This document shows, piece after piece, positions 12,555 through 24,500 of a stretch of 64,000 bases of DNA. This DNA comes from Priapulus caudatus (taxonomy: Eukaryota): positions 585,482 to 649,481 of the forward strand of contig NW_014577067.1 in NCBI RefSeq assembly GCF_000485595.1, in the 5' to 3' direction. The translations under genes were made by a program, and so were the position numbers. The notes beneath the pieces are model-generated. The model saw nothing but the letters and a program-made list of their open reading frames with translations, did not search any database and was not told the origin of the DNA. Within the stretch, counting starts at the first letter, position 1. Each line of letters begins with the position of its first letter.

Positions 12555-15500
12555 TCACGATATAATCTGCAAGACAGTAGAATAAATGGTCACAATCATC
12601 CGATACTAAAACGTCTCAACTACTAAATGCTTAACAGAATGACCATTGTATGCTAACGAAGGCTAACGAATTCCTCGTCACTCGCATTTTTAATTTGTCA
12701 CCAAATATAAAGAAAGAAATTGCCGACAATAGAACTTTGCAATATGTATGAGTACACGAACCCCGTATGCAACCTGATGTAATTCTTTTCGTCAATCTAC
12801 ACTCTGCTCATTCACGCAAAACTCATACCTCACAAATTCACGGGTTTCCCTCACCGACGCCCCATGCCCCCCCCCCTTGCTGCACCGTGTACAGGTGGCG
12901 CTCACCTCTGTGACGAGCCCAGCAGCGATCGTGTGACCGGAGTAGCGCAGCATGAATCGGCCCAGGTCGCGGTTGTCCTTGTACAGCTCCATGCAGATCG
13001 GCCGCTCGATGGCCAGCTCTATGAGGGCGTTGCTCTGCTTCGTCAGGCACCTGCAGGCAGAACGCAAACGCGCCTATCATTTACTGAAAGGCACAACATG
13101 GGTGGGTGCGGGGGGGGGGGGGGTCAAACCCATATACGAGGTTAACTCACAGGAAACCCCCTGAAAAACGGACCTTCATAGACAGTTGCCAATTACACAA
13201 AAACGGTTTCACATTGCTTGGTGCCATGGAAATTGTCAAATTTCAGGGGCACAGTGGCAAGTTAGGAGGGCAACCACGGCACTTGCCATTAGTGCTGTGG
13301 TGAAATTCACTATTATAGGTGATATAGCAAACAAAGCTATCACCAAACTGCACGTCTAAAAATGAAAACAAAAACATTAGATAGTAAAACTTTCAAATTA
13401 GGAGCAGCTTACTGCATGGCAGCAGCAATGTGAATGGATCAACGACAATCTGACACTGACCTAGGTCGCTTCTTGATCACCTCTCCATTGCTCTTGTGCA
13501 GCTGACTGATAAGTTTACGTATCACGGCTGTTTCATTCAGCATCTGGTAATGGAACACAACCTGCAAGAGGCAATTGTTGTACGTGAGCTATCTCATGCA
13601 GTGGAAGCTCCTATATATCGCACAGTGTCAGCCACTAGATATCTCATTCAGTGACACTGGCTTAATGGTATGTATCCTTAACCAATTTCTAACAGCCATT
13701 TCGATGACCTTGACTCAATCATATTCACTCTACCGTAGTTACAAAACGTGGACCAGATAAGATAGTAGATTGATGTAAGCCAGCGTAAAGTGGGCGTAGG
13801 TAAACTCACAGGAAAGCCTCGGGTGATGGGCATGTCTATGTTGAAGACGACGATGCGAGCCTGAATCACCGACGCGACGCGTATCGGCTGTGCGGCGTAG
13901 CACAACACGTGCCCGATCGCCGCGCTCGTCATCTCTATGTTAAACAGCGTCACTATGACGTGGTCCCCGGCAAACGCGCACGTCACCAAGTCATCCTGGA
14001 GCTGTATGGCTGACAAACACAACCGCACTGTGTTAGACCTCCTACATCGTACTGACGACGGTACTAACCGCTACGTAAACTCGAGGAAGCCACTACATCA
14101 CGCTGAAGATATTCCCGGCCATTACATCGCGTTTACGGTAGATCCGTAATCAGATTAACTATCCTTTCAAATCACATCATCGCCCTCACTCGTGGCGAAA
14201 CCTTTTTTCTACAGAGTGACTTAGTAACGGGGCAGCGGGAACTTGCCATAAAAGGAACACACTTCGAACGTTTCCTCGCGGAGAACGCGCTCACCTTTGA
14301 CAAGAGCCATATCGCCGGTGGGCATGACGAGAACCTTCTCGCCCGTCTGCACGCTGCCTGCCTCTATCCTACCCGACACGCAGAAGCCACTACCCATGCC
14401 CTTGTACACGTCCGACACAACGAGTCTGAACGGCTTGTCGACCGGTCGCTGAGGGGCGGCAAACCTGTCTGGAAAGTCAAAACAAAACGCGTGACGATCG
14501 CAACGTCACGCCAGCACAGTGACATTACAACACCTACTAGGCTACTATAGTCGATGCGACATCACAATCGGGCGCAGGCACAGACCGTACTAACGCGGGG
14601 TGGAAAAAAAATTTGCGTGGAAACGTGCGATATTTGCAAACGCCCTGCCGCTCCGCTTATACGCGAAACACCGCGAGAGGCGTCGTGAACCCGAGGCCTA
14701 CCTATGACCTGCAGCATCGACGGCCCGCCGTACCAGCTGCACAGCAGCGGGTCTGTCGCAGCGGCGACGAGGTTTTCTCCCGAGAGCCCGCTGCACGGCA
14801 CGAAGCTCACGTCCTTCTCCTTGAAGCCCGCCTGCTTGAGAAACTGCATCAGCTTGCGCGTGATCTCGTCGAAGCGCTCCTGCGACCAGCCGACCGTGTC
14901 CATCTTGTTCACGGCGACTCCCAGCTGCGAAACGCCTGCGTCGCGTCAACACGAGTTATATACGTACGTCGGCAACAGATTAAAGATGAAAACATTTCGC
15001 TCGCTGCAAGACACATCTGTGTGACATGACTACAATAAATCTTTATGTTAAAACATCCAAAACGTTCGTACGCACCTAGCGACCTGACCAGCAATGCATG
15101 CTCCCTTGTCTGCCCTCCTGATTCGAACCCAGTCTCAAACTCTCCGCGCGTTGCACAAACTACCAAAACGGCGACGTCCGCACTAGCAGCCCCTGTAACC
15201 GCGAGCACACATCTCAGTTCATGTAGTTAGACGTGGCACTTGCCAGTAGCGAAACGACAATAACTTAACTCATAATGACGACTTTCATAAGAAAACCATT
15301 CCGATGACGAATTATGTGAAAATATTACACAAATTTGAAATCAGTGGAAATGGATGAAAACGAGTAAAGCTTTGAAATGGATGCATAACCGGTGAACACT
15401 ACCACCACCCAGACAACATGCAAAGTTAGTATTTAGGGAAACTGTGGGCAAATCGATGTACCATCTAAGAAAGTGAGTTTAACTGTAAAAAGTCAAGTTA

Positions 15501-18500
15501 ACTGAGTAAATTCATAGAAGGCTGAATGACTCACCGAGTAAAACCACTATGATGCTTTTTATAAAAAAAACATCTGTTATAATGCTACAAGATGATACCC
15601 CTGTTAGCAATAGACCTACCTGTGATCATGTTGGGAATGAAGTCTTTATGGCCTGGAGCATCCAGCAGTGTCACAGACTTTGTATCAGTTTCAAATTGTG
15701 TCTGAGCGACATCCATAGTTACTCCTCTTTGCCTGCAGCAGAGATTGATGTAAAACTAATGTCCATAGTTACTTTTTACCATGGTATCAACTAGAGGGAT
15801 TAGGGAAAAAACAAATGTAGTCTGTAATGGGGAAAAGTTGTAACCGAGCAGCAACCTTCCTTGTAATCTAGCAGCAACTATAGCTCTGCCTCATTATTAG
15901 CAAGTATTTCACGATGACATGTTCGTAGATAGAAGAAAGGCTACGTCGATGCAGCTCAAGTACCTCTCCTCTGGGGTTTCGTCCAACACCCACGCGAAGG
16001 CAAACGAAGATTTTCCCTGCTTGCGAGACTCTTGCTCATACTTGTGCATTGTTCGCTGGTTCACCTGATATGGGAAGCGAGTGTACGATTAGCGTATTAC
16101 AATAGTTAGAGTTACACTAGTGTATACCTATAACATGCACATACACATATAAGATCACACTCTTTGTTCGCAGCAACACATTTTTAGCGGACTCAGCAAT
16201 GTGTGACTATATCGAACACTACTGATCTCTATTTGTCTAGTTTTGCAGAAACCTAACAATAGGCGACAGCAGAATAACCAGCAGAATCGCACTATGCACT
16301 TTCTGACATATGTTGTCTTACCTGACCAAGCTTGTAAAGAACATGGCCCATGAGTGTGGATTTTCCGGCGTCTACGTGCCCTATGACAACCAGGTTCAGC
16401 ATCTGTTTTTTCGTTGCTTTCCGCTTCTCATACTCCATTTCCATGTCCAGCTTGTCTAAACCTTTAGCCCTACACCCACCGAACACAAGTTCGCCATTTA
16501 GTATTGACAAATAGCGCGAATGAAGTGGGAATGATCCTGCCTAGTTAAACAAGAGCTGCAGAGCGTCTGGGCTCATCTGAGGTCTGTTGCTACGGTCATA
16601 AACGTAACATTTAAGTCGTGCGTAGTGACCTTTGTTAGGCGCAGATATGCAGATACGCAGTTGCGTACACATCATTTCAGCAACCTTCTGCATTCTGCAT
16701 ACCTCCCAAATCCCATTGGTTGATACAAATCGCGTGCCTGAAACTCCCGTTTTATGGTGCATTGTGACCATAACCATAACCCTATTAAAAATAAATAAAT
16801 GAATTTGTTGTAAAAATTATTGTAAATAAATAATGTAAATATTTGCGTTTTGGCAATAATTGGAAAAAAATAGTTAAATGGATAAAGATAGAAAAATACA
16901 GAAAACAGGTAAATAATAAAAAATCAGATGGGATTCGATCCAACGACCTTTGAGCCGTGACGCCTGTGCTGTACGCGTTCGGCTATCCAGGCTTATTGTG
17001 TTTCTAGATTATGGATGTGCCATGAATATGACAACACTGTGACGTCATTGAGGAAGTTCAGGAATCCATGTTTAACCCTCCTCTTGAGGGTGAAAAGGTT
17101 ATCAGACACTTACTCATCACATGTCAGTGGAAAGCACATTTCATGGTCCTTTCAATAAAGTGATAAAAATGGTAGGTCAGCGCTATAACAAAAAAGTTTT
17201 TCAATCTGTTCATTAGGCCATGTCCTCAGAAAATGTCTGATATCTGACCTTTCCCCCACTGCCCTTTGACCTGTGACCTCCAATTTCGCACTGGTGATGG
17301 GTTTCCTGCCCATCACACTATACATCGAATATTAAGAGCATAGGTCGAGCCGTTAAGATTTGTGCCGCAATTCCGTATTTCCTCCTATACCTTAAGAGTA
17401 ACTATTGCGAGAGTTTTCCAGTGTTTTCACCACTTTCATGACACCTACCGTTATTGCTTGAGTAACAGCAATTGTCTAGAGTAACAATAAAATGTCTTAG
17501 AACCTTCGTATTCACCAAAAAAGTGCCAGTTTCAAACTACTAGTTTGGTAAACAATCGTTTGTTGTCATCTTGAAATTAGCCGGAAGTATGGATTAGCTA
17601 GTGGCGCCACCGCTTATCTGCCATAGACAAAGTACAGGCTCTCTCAAATCATGCACTTGTTTTCAATTAATCACCGACACAAATACAAGTTTACCAATTC
17701 TGCCATTAGGCATTATCGCGACACGATAAAATGCATTGCTGTTACGATGAGTTCATATCCAATTTTCTATGCTATAACTGCATAAAATATTAGTATTTTT
17801 AATGTTGGTGTAATCAGTGATATTTCCCCTGTCAGGTGAGACTATATTCAACTATATTTAGTTTTTCTAAGCAAAAATCTCGCAATACACACTTTAAGGG
17901 GGAAATATTCCCCCTCCGTTTACACATCTTGACCTTTGACCCTCGTTTGACCTCCACATTTGTCATCCTGAGTTCCCTTCACGCCCCCCCCCCACGTCCC
18001 GAATATCGTGACCGTACGTCGAGCGGTTAAGATTTGTGCCCAACTGTTGACGGACGGATGGATGATCATGCGATTCTACAAGCTGCATCTGACTACGTCA
18101 GATGAGCTAAAAATAGAGACATGCTTACGATCAGGGGGTAATATATTTTGAAAGAGCAAGTAAGACTTTCTAAGAAGTGTCGTCAAGCATTCATCGACAT
18201 TTACGATTTTCTCGCCATCATGACCGTCGTGAATTCCCGTACTTTGAAGCAGACTTGGGCAGACTCGGAGTGGAAGCAGGCGCGGGCGAGGAGGCATCTG
18301 TAGCCTGCTCCAAGGTTCTCGTCTTCCTCGGTGGCACCTCCAGCGTCTTCTCGGGAGACTTCTCCGGCGTCCTGTCAGGCGTGCGTTCTCTCGACATCGG
18401 CCGCGATCCAGATCCAGATCCAGACCCAGACCGAGTTTCCTTCTGCATGCAAAACGCGGTTGTCAACGAGTGTTGCGCACTTAAACGTATCTTTCCAGCT

Positions 18501-21500
18501 GCCAGACGGATGGCTGCTGATAACTTTTATATTCTAGGTGATGTGCTCTAGACGTTGCAATGCACTTGGCAGTGCTCGAAATAAGAAAAAAAATGTGGTT
18601 GTCCTGCGGACAACCCAGGCATCAAATCGGGTTGTCCGCAACAATTTCTGGTTGTCCCAAAAAAATATCCCCAAATCTCCTATTTTCAATCACATAATAA
18701 ATTAATAATATGGTCAGAAAACACCCAAAAACAGTGGTGTAGCCAGGATTTTGTAACAAGGGGGGGGGGCAAAAACAGCAAACTGCGCAAAATAGTGGAT
18801 GACTTAATACTTTAATGGCTCCTCCGTCTCCCTCTCCACATCCTACGGCTCCTCTACCTTCTCTGCAATCTTTGTTTTGGGTGCCATGCGAAAAGGCGAC
18901 ATTTTTGTTCATTGTTCTCTGCTCCCAAGATATGTAATTGTTCAGTGGCGGATCTAGGATTCCAGGGAGGGGGTGAAAAACAAGCGGGGGGTATGGGGGT
19001 CCTCCCCCAGAAAATTTTGAAAATGTAGATCGCAGGAGATGGTATTTGCGGCACTTTTGAGTACATATACAGCCTTCATTCTGACTACGACAATTCTCTT
19101 TTTTTTAAACTTTCGGATCAACATGAATCCCCACTGTTGTTTGTTTTGCATGGGCAAAGCCATCGGAAAATTCAAAATAATAATGGAATAAAAATACCAA
19201 AATGTAAGGGTGAACTTGCTGGTTTGCTGGTTCCAAATCGAGTTGAATTCACCTCTCATAAATCAGAAAACCTGACATATACCAGTGTTGGAAATAGCAG
19301 CTGGTATGCGTTGCTTTCCCACACCATAGATTAATGGCGGGCCGCCAGGCTATAAGTGCTCTTGGAGAACCCCTGAGAAAAACATAAATAAAGTGCGTTT
19401 TTCGTCACATTTTTCTTGGTTGTCCACCGGACAATGTCTCAGACTGGTTAGGTTGTCCGGCGCAAATTCTGGTTGTCTCGGACAACCGGACAACGCTTAT
19501 TTCGAGCACTGCTTGGCATTATATTTATGCACTTCTTGGGAAAAATTTGTATGAAAGGAGTTAAAAAATATTGTTTTGTAACATTGGTCACGTGGCGCAG
19601 TTTCATTTGTTCAGTGTTTGTTTTACATATGCTTACCCATCTCTCAACTCATACGATAATATACATGGAAATAATTACAAGAGTAACAGCGTATGTTTTG
19701 ATGCCAATGCTCCTACCTTGGGCATCTCAAACCCCTCTGTCCTTTGACCACTGAAGTTGATCATCGCTACAGAGTTAGTGATGCGAGCAGTCGCGTCACC
19801 AGGTGGCACCACAACCACAGGCTTCGGAAGCAGACGATCACTGGGCGCTTTCTGGACGACAGGCATTTTTCGTTGAGATCCTACGACACGAAATAAATGT
19901 AAAACGTAACCATATCAAAGTACTCTGCTAGTGTAGCTCTTACAGGTTCTGAAACTGTGGCCATACATAAACAGTCATCATCGTACCGTGAACAAACAAG
20001 GATTGTAATGAAATACGCATTAATTTATTTAGAAAGTAACAAAACTCAACATGACAAAAAACAAATAATTAAAGTCAAGCTAAAAAACTACTTTTTCACA
20101 GTTATCATCCTACTATTTGACCTGCATACAACATACTTTGCCCATAGCCTTCTCGAAAAGCCTCTCTCTGTCTACTGAGCACTATGTCATCTGGTGAAGG
20201 TGTGCCAAAATCAAATGGTACCACAATCCTAGTTTGTTTCTGTTCAGAGTCTGAATCAGTAACTGATGCCTTTATGTCAGAGCAGGCCTCTCTACCAGCT
20301 ACTGATTCTGGAGTATCTGAGTCACCCAGAGGTGCAGTTGTATTTACATAAGTAGTTACTGCTGAATCAAGAGAACTATCACATGACGCTGTGTCTAAAT
20401 CAGCTTCTGATTCCACGACTTCAGACCCACTATCTGATGGCCCTGCATCATTGCCAGAATGGCTACGAGATGGCACTGCATCCCTGCCAGGATGACCATC
20501 AGATGGCTCTGCATCCTTGCCAGAATGGCTACCAGATGGCACGGCATCCATGCCAGGATGGCTATCAGATGGATTCGCCTCCAGATCTGCCTTTTCAGAT
20601 TCCTGCCCATAAGAGTTACTTCTCAGAGACAGGACATCTGCACCTTCCTTCGTGCCAGCCTGGTAAAGAGCTCGCAGAACCCAGTACAGATTTGGTTGGC
20701 TGCGCACTTCAGACGAGGTCAACCCATCTCTCCGCAGCAAAAAGTCGCTCGGTTCAAAAATATTTACACGGTACGGAGCAGACGGTCTGCAGCACAGAGC
20801 ATGCGCAAATCCGGATGGCTTTTTGGACAAGGCACTGACGTTTGCACCGGATGTTGATGACTGAGGTTGCCGAAACGGAAAACCATCGGTCAATGAAAGG
20901 TCGAAGTTCACTTCCTGGTGTGCCGACGGGCGAGGTGCGCTTGTGCGAAGATCCTCGCGATCTATGGATGCAGGTGACTTATTGTCACTAGCCCAACCAC
21001 ACTGAGGTAGAGACGTTGCATCATGACCAGGCAAGAGTACAACGCCATGTGGCACAGACGGATGAGACGACAATGAAAACTGGGCGCATGGTGGGTTGGT
21101 AGGCTTACAATCTGGTGATGACGCCAGTGATGACAATGAAAACTGGGACGGCGGTGGGTTGGTAGTCTTACAATCTATTGAGGATACCAGCGATAACAAT
21201 GAAAACTGTGAGGACGGAGAGTTGGTAGTCTTACAATCTGGTGATGATGCCAGAGATGACAATGAAAACTGGGAGGGCGGATGGTTGGTAGTCTTACAAT
21301 CTGGTGATGATGCCAGAGATGACAATGAAAACTGGGAGGGCGGAGGGTTGGTAGTCTTAAAATCTGGTGATGATGCCAGTGATGACAATGAAAATTGGGA
21401 GGGCGGAGGGTTGGTAGCCTTACAATCTGGTGATGATGCCAGAGATGACAATGAAAACTGTGACGGCAGTGGATTGGCAGGCGTGCAATCCGGTGATGAT

Positions 21501-24500
21501 GCCAATGATGACAATGAAAATTGGGAGGGCGGAGGGTTGGTAGTCTTACAATCTGGTGATGATGCCAGAGATGACAATAAAAACTGAGTGAGCGGTGAGT
21601 TGGTAGTAACAGTTCTTGGTATGTTGACGAATGTGGTAGTAGTTTCAGTGGAATGTTGGGTGAATGGTAGTGTACTAACTGACGTGTGTGGCCGATGTGA
21701 GGTGACAGATGGATCCCTGTGACAAGCAGCGGCGTCAGCAACGCACTTGGATTGGGCGTGTGAGGTCTGTGGTAGTGCAGCTACACTTTCCTCTGCCCTC
21801 TGAGCGCCAGCAGCTGCTACATCTGACAATACAGAGGATCCGGTCAGGTGCAAGTCGTGCCTGGCTAAATCAGCTAGAGATACGATCCGTGCGCCGGAGG
21901 GAGCACCCTTGTCTAGTGCAGCAAGGACGGCCAGCGACGCTGGTAATCTCTCCTGCCTCATCGCCTCTCCGTGCTCTGCAATCCTAGATGCTTGCACGCG
22001 AGTACGACGTTGCGTTGACGCTACTATCGATTGCGGTGCGCTGCTCCCTGAATGGAAAGGCATCTCAGTTTCTTTCAAGTTAGCGAGACTGCACACTGAT
22101 GCTTGATCGCTCTCTGCTAACCCGTGAGCAGCGGCCATTGCGGCCAGAGAAGGTGCTTCCGTGCGATTACCATTGTCTGCACCAACTGCCAACTCAAACA
22201 GAGACACGGGCTGTTTGTCCAAGAGAGTCGTCAAAGACGCCAAAGACTCACTGTCTGCAACAACCCTAGTGGTGCTTGGTGACGCCACTAGCAGGCCTGT
22301 GGATTTTGGCTCGGCTAGCAATCGTTCTTTGGTTCGCATGCAACTCTTCTCAAATCCCGGCGGTATCCTGACTGATCTCGTGAGAGGAGGTGCACTGCCA
22401 GCTTCCTCCTCACCGTTTGACAAGTATGAGAATAGCAAAGTTTTGGGTGCACCACCACCACAACCACAAGATTTGCCTAGCACAACCGATTGCTGCTCGT
22501 CTGTTTGAGGGTTTAGCCAGTCGCTACCAGCTTTGCTTCCCTCATGCGCTGAAGGTGTTTTGTCAACGGATATTGTCCTAGTGCATGGCGACTTCTGGCA
22601 ATGCAGTTCTGCACCAGCACTTATCGGTTTTGTTGCCATTTCATTTACACTAACGATCTCCGAGCTAATAATATCACTATTCAAGTCTTACCTTACCATT
22701 GCCAATCATATCACAGATTTCATAACAATCATTGTCGATCCATTGGTGTGTGTGAATAGCAGCAGGATGGTCAGATCGTTGAACAATGAAAAAAAAATAA
22801 GGCAACAGTTAGAAAAGGGTTTTGGTTGCAGTTATGCAGTTTTTTTTACCTTCTTTTAGTGCCAGTAGACTTATATTATAACACTTATCATATATCAGTG
22901 ACATGAATGAATTAAATCTCAAGAACAGTGAACTGTGAAGCCCTTACATAAATGTATACAATTGTATACTGATGACAATATAATAGGCGGTGATTAATAA
23001 TAACTACCTCTTTCTTGTCTTCTGTCTTGCCGTTGTGGGAGAGCAGTTGCAACTAGAATAATAATACAAAAATGCTCTACTAATTACACGTGCACATCAT
23101 ACTGGTTGTCATCATCCAAATCTGTAAGCTGATACGTACACTAATAAAATAATAAAAACAAGGCTTTTTCTTTTTCATTAAATTTAATTCCTAGCCAAGG
23201 TTCTTAACTTTCTATTGAATTTGTCTGAAAGACATTAACAAAACGTTCATAATTAAAAATAATGACTGATATCAGAGCAACATTCATTATTAACAATTAG
23301 AGTTCCACCAAGAGAATGCACCTAACACAAGGATGCACCACTACCGGGTACCGGGTAACACAAAAACCAGCGAAGTGTCATGTCTTGATTCTTAGTCTAC
23401 GGTTTCACTGAGCACCATTTAACGCCTACATGGATTATTCACAATGAAGACAGCGAGTGAAAAGATTGAGAGGATTCAAGTACCATTTGAGGTGGAGCTA
23501 CTTTGAAGCAGAGTGTTGAGAGCCTGGTCGAGGTTGAATTGATGAGAGATGATTGCATTGATCAGCACGTGTTCTGGCTGGCTGTCACCCAGGATATTGT
23601 GCATTTCCTCCAGACAGGACAGAAGCTTAGCTGAGGAAACAATCAAGCAAGGCACAACATCTCATCATCTTTCTTGCGACGAGTGGAGGCTTAGAGTCGA
23701 AACAAGTGTTCACATTGTTACTGCTGTAGATATAATAATACAAAATTTAGATATCAAGGCCGTGTGTGTTACCTTACCCTGATCTGTCTCGCTGAGCTGA
23801 GATCTGACCTGGCTTAAGCTCTTTTCTTCTGGCTCCTTGATATCCTCTTCCTCTTCGTCCTCCTCCTTAATACCTCCCTCCTCTGCCATGAAAGCAGCCA
23901 ACTGCTGTGACTTATCGCCTCTTGGATATAGGAACTGAGCTGCTGTATAAAGTGGCAAGAAATCAGCTTGTCTTGTGTATGCACACACATGCAAGCCAAC
24001 AAATAGTAAGATAAAGGTTCCACATGATTAACACCAGTTTACATAGATTAATTCTAAAAGAGGTATTTACATAAATAATATAACGACTTCAAACTCCGAT
24101 CAACACTACTGTACATCAGAAACAAGTGCCGCAGAGCGACAGCGCTCAACTGACGTGTACTGTAGCCGGGTATTCTACTGGGCAACCAGATCAAGTGCGC
24201 CCTCCCGTCACCGCGTTCGCGATCAGAGCATATATCTAGGATACTGCTAATACAGATCTACAATCTCAAAAGGCTTTGCTATACCGGTAGTACAGTAAGA
24301 AAGATACACCTGTGTAACTTTAATGACTTCACTATATTAACATGTTATCATGGATATGCGTCGAGTGCGAGCGTAGTGATGGTGGTGGGAGGAGGGGGAG
24401 GGTGGGGGGCCGGGTGGAGGGTTGCTCTAATAGCAAAAGCAGTTCAGTCCTTTGTTAACAGTCAACAAATCTGTGTTTACCCCTCCTCTAGAAGGTCGAA

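Noticed and set aside
12555..16469. eEF1A or eRF3/GSPT identity for the GTPase
   Set aside because: The HBS1-specific N-terminus, [26 protein letters not shown] and the SKI7-type exon identify HBS1L.
16925..16990. Functional tRNA gene
   Set aside because: Only A/B-box-like remnants, imperfect stems, embedded in a repeat.
21096..21741. Overlapping antisense or alternate-frame ORFs (DDNENW repeats, His-rich repeats)
   Set aside because: Shadows of the 63-bp coding repeat.
20105..22684. Independent nested gene starting at TTG or an internal ATG
   Set aside because: A phase-compatible acceptor, a conserved position after the HBS1 N-domain and SKI7 motifs favour an alternative exon.
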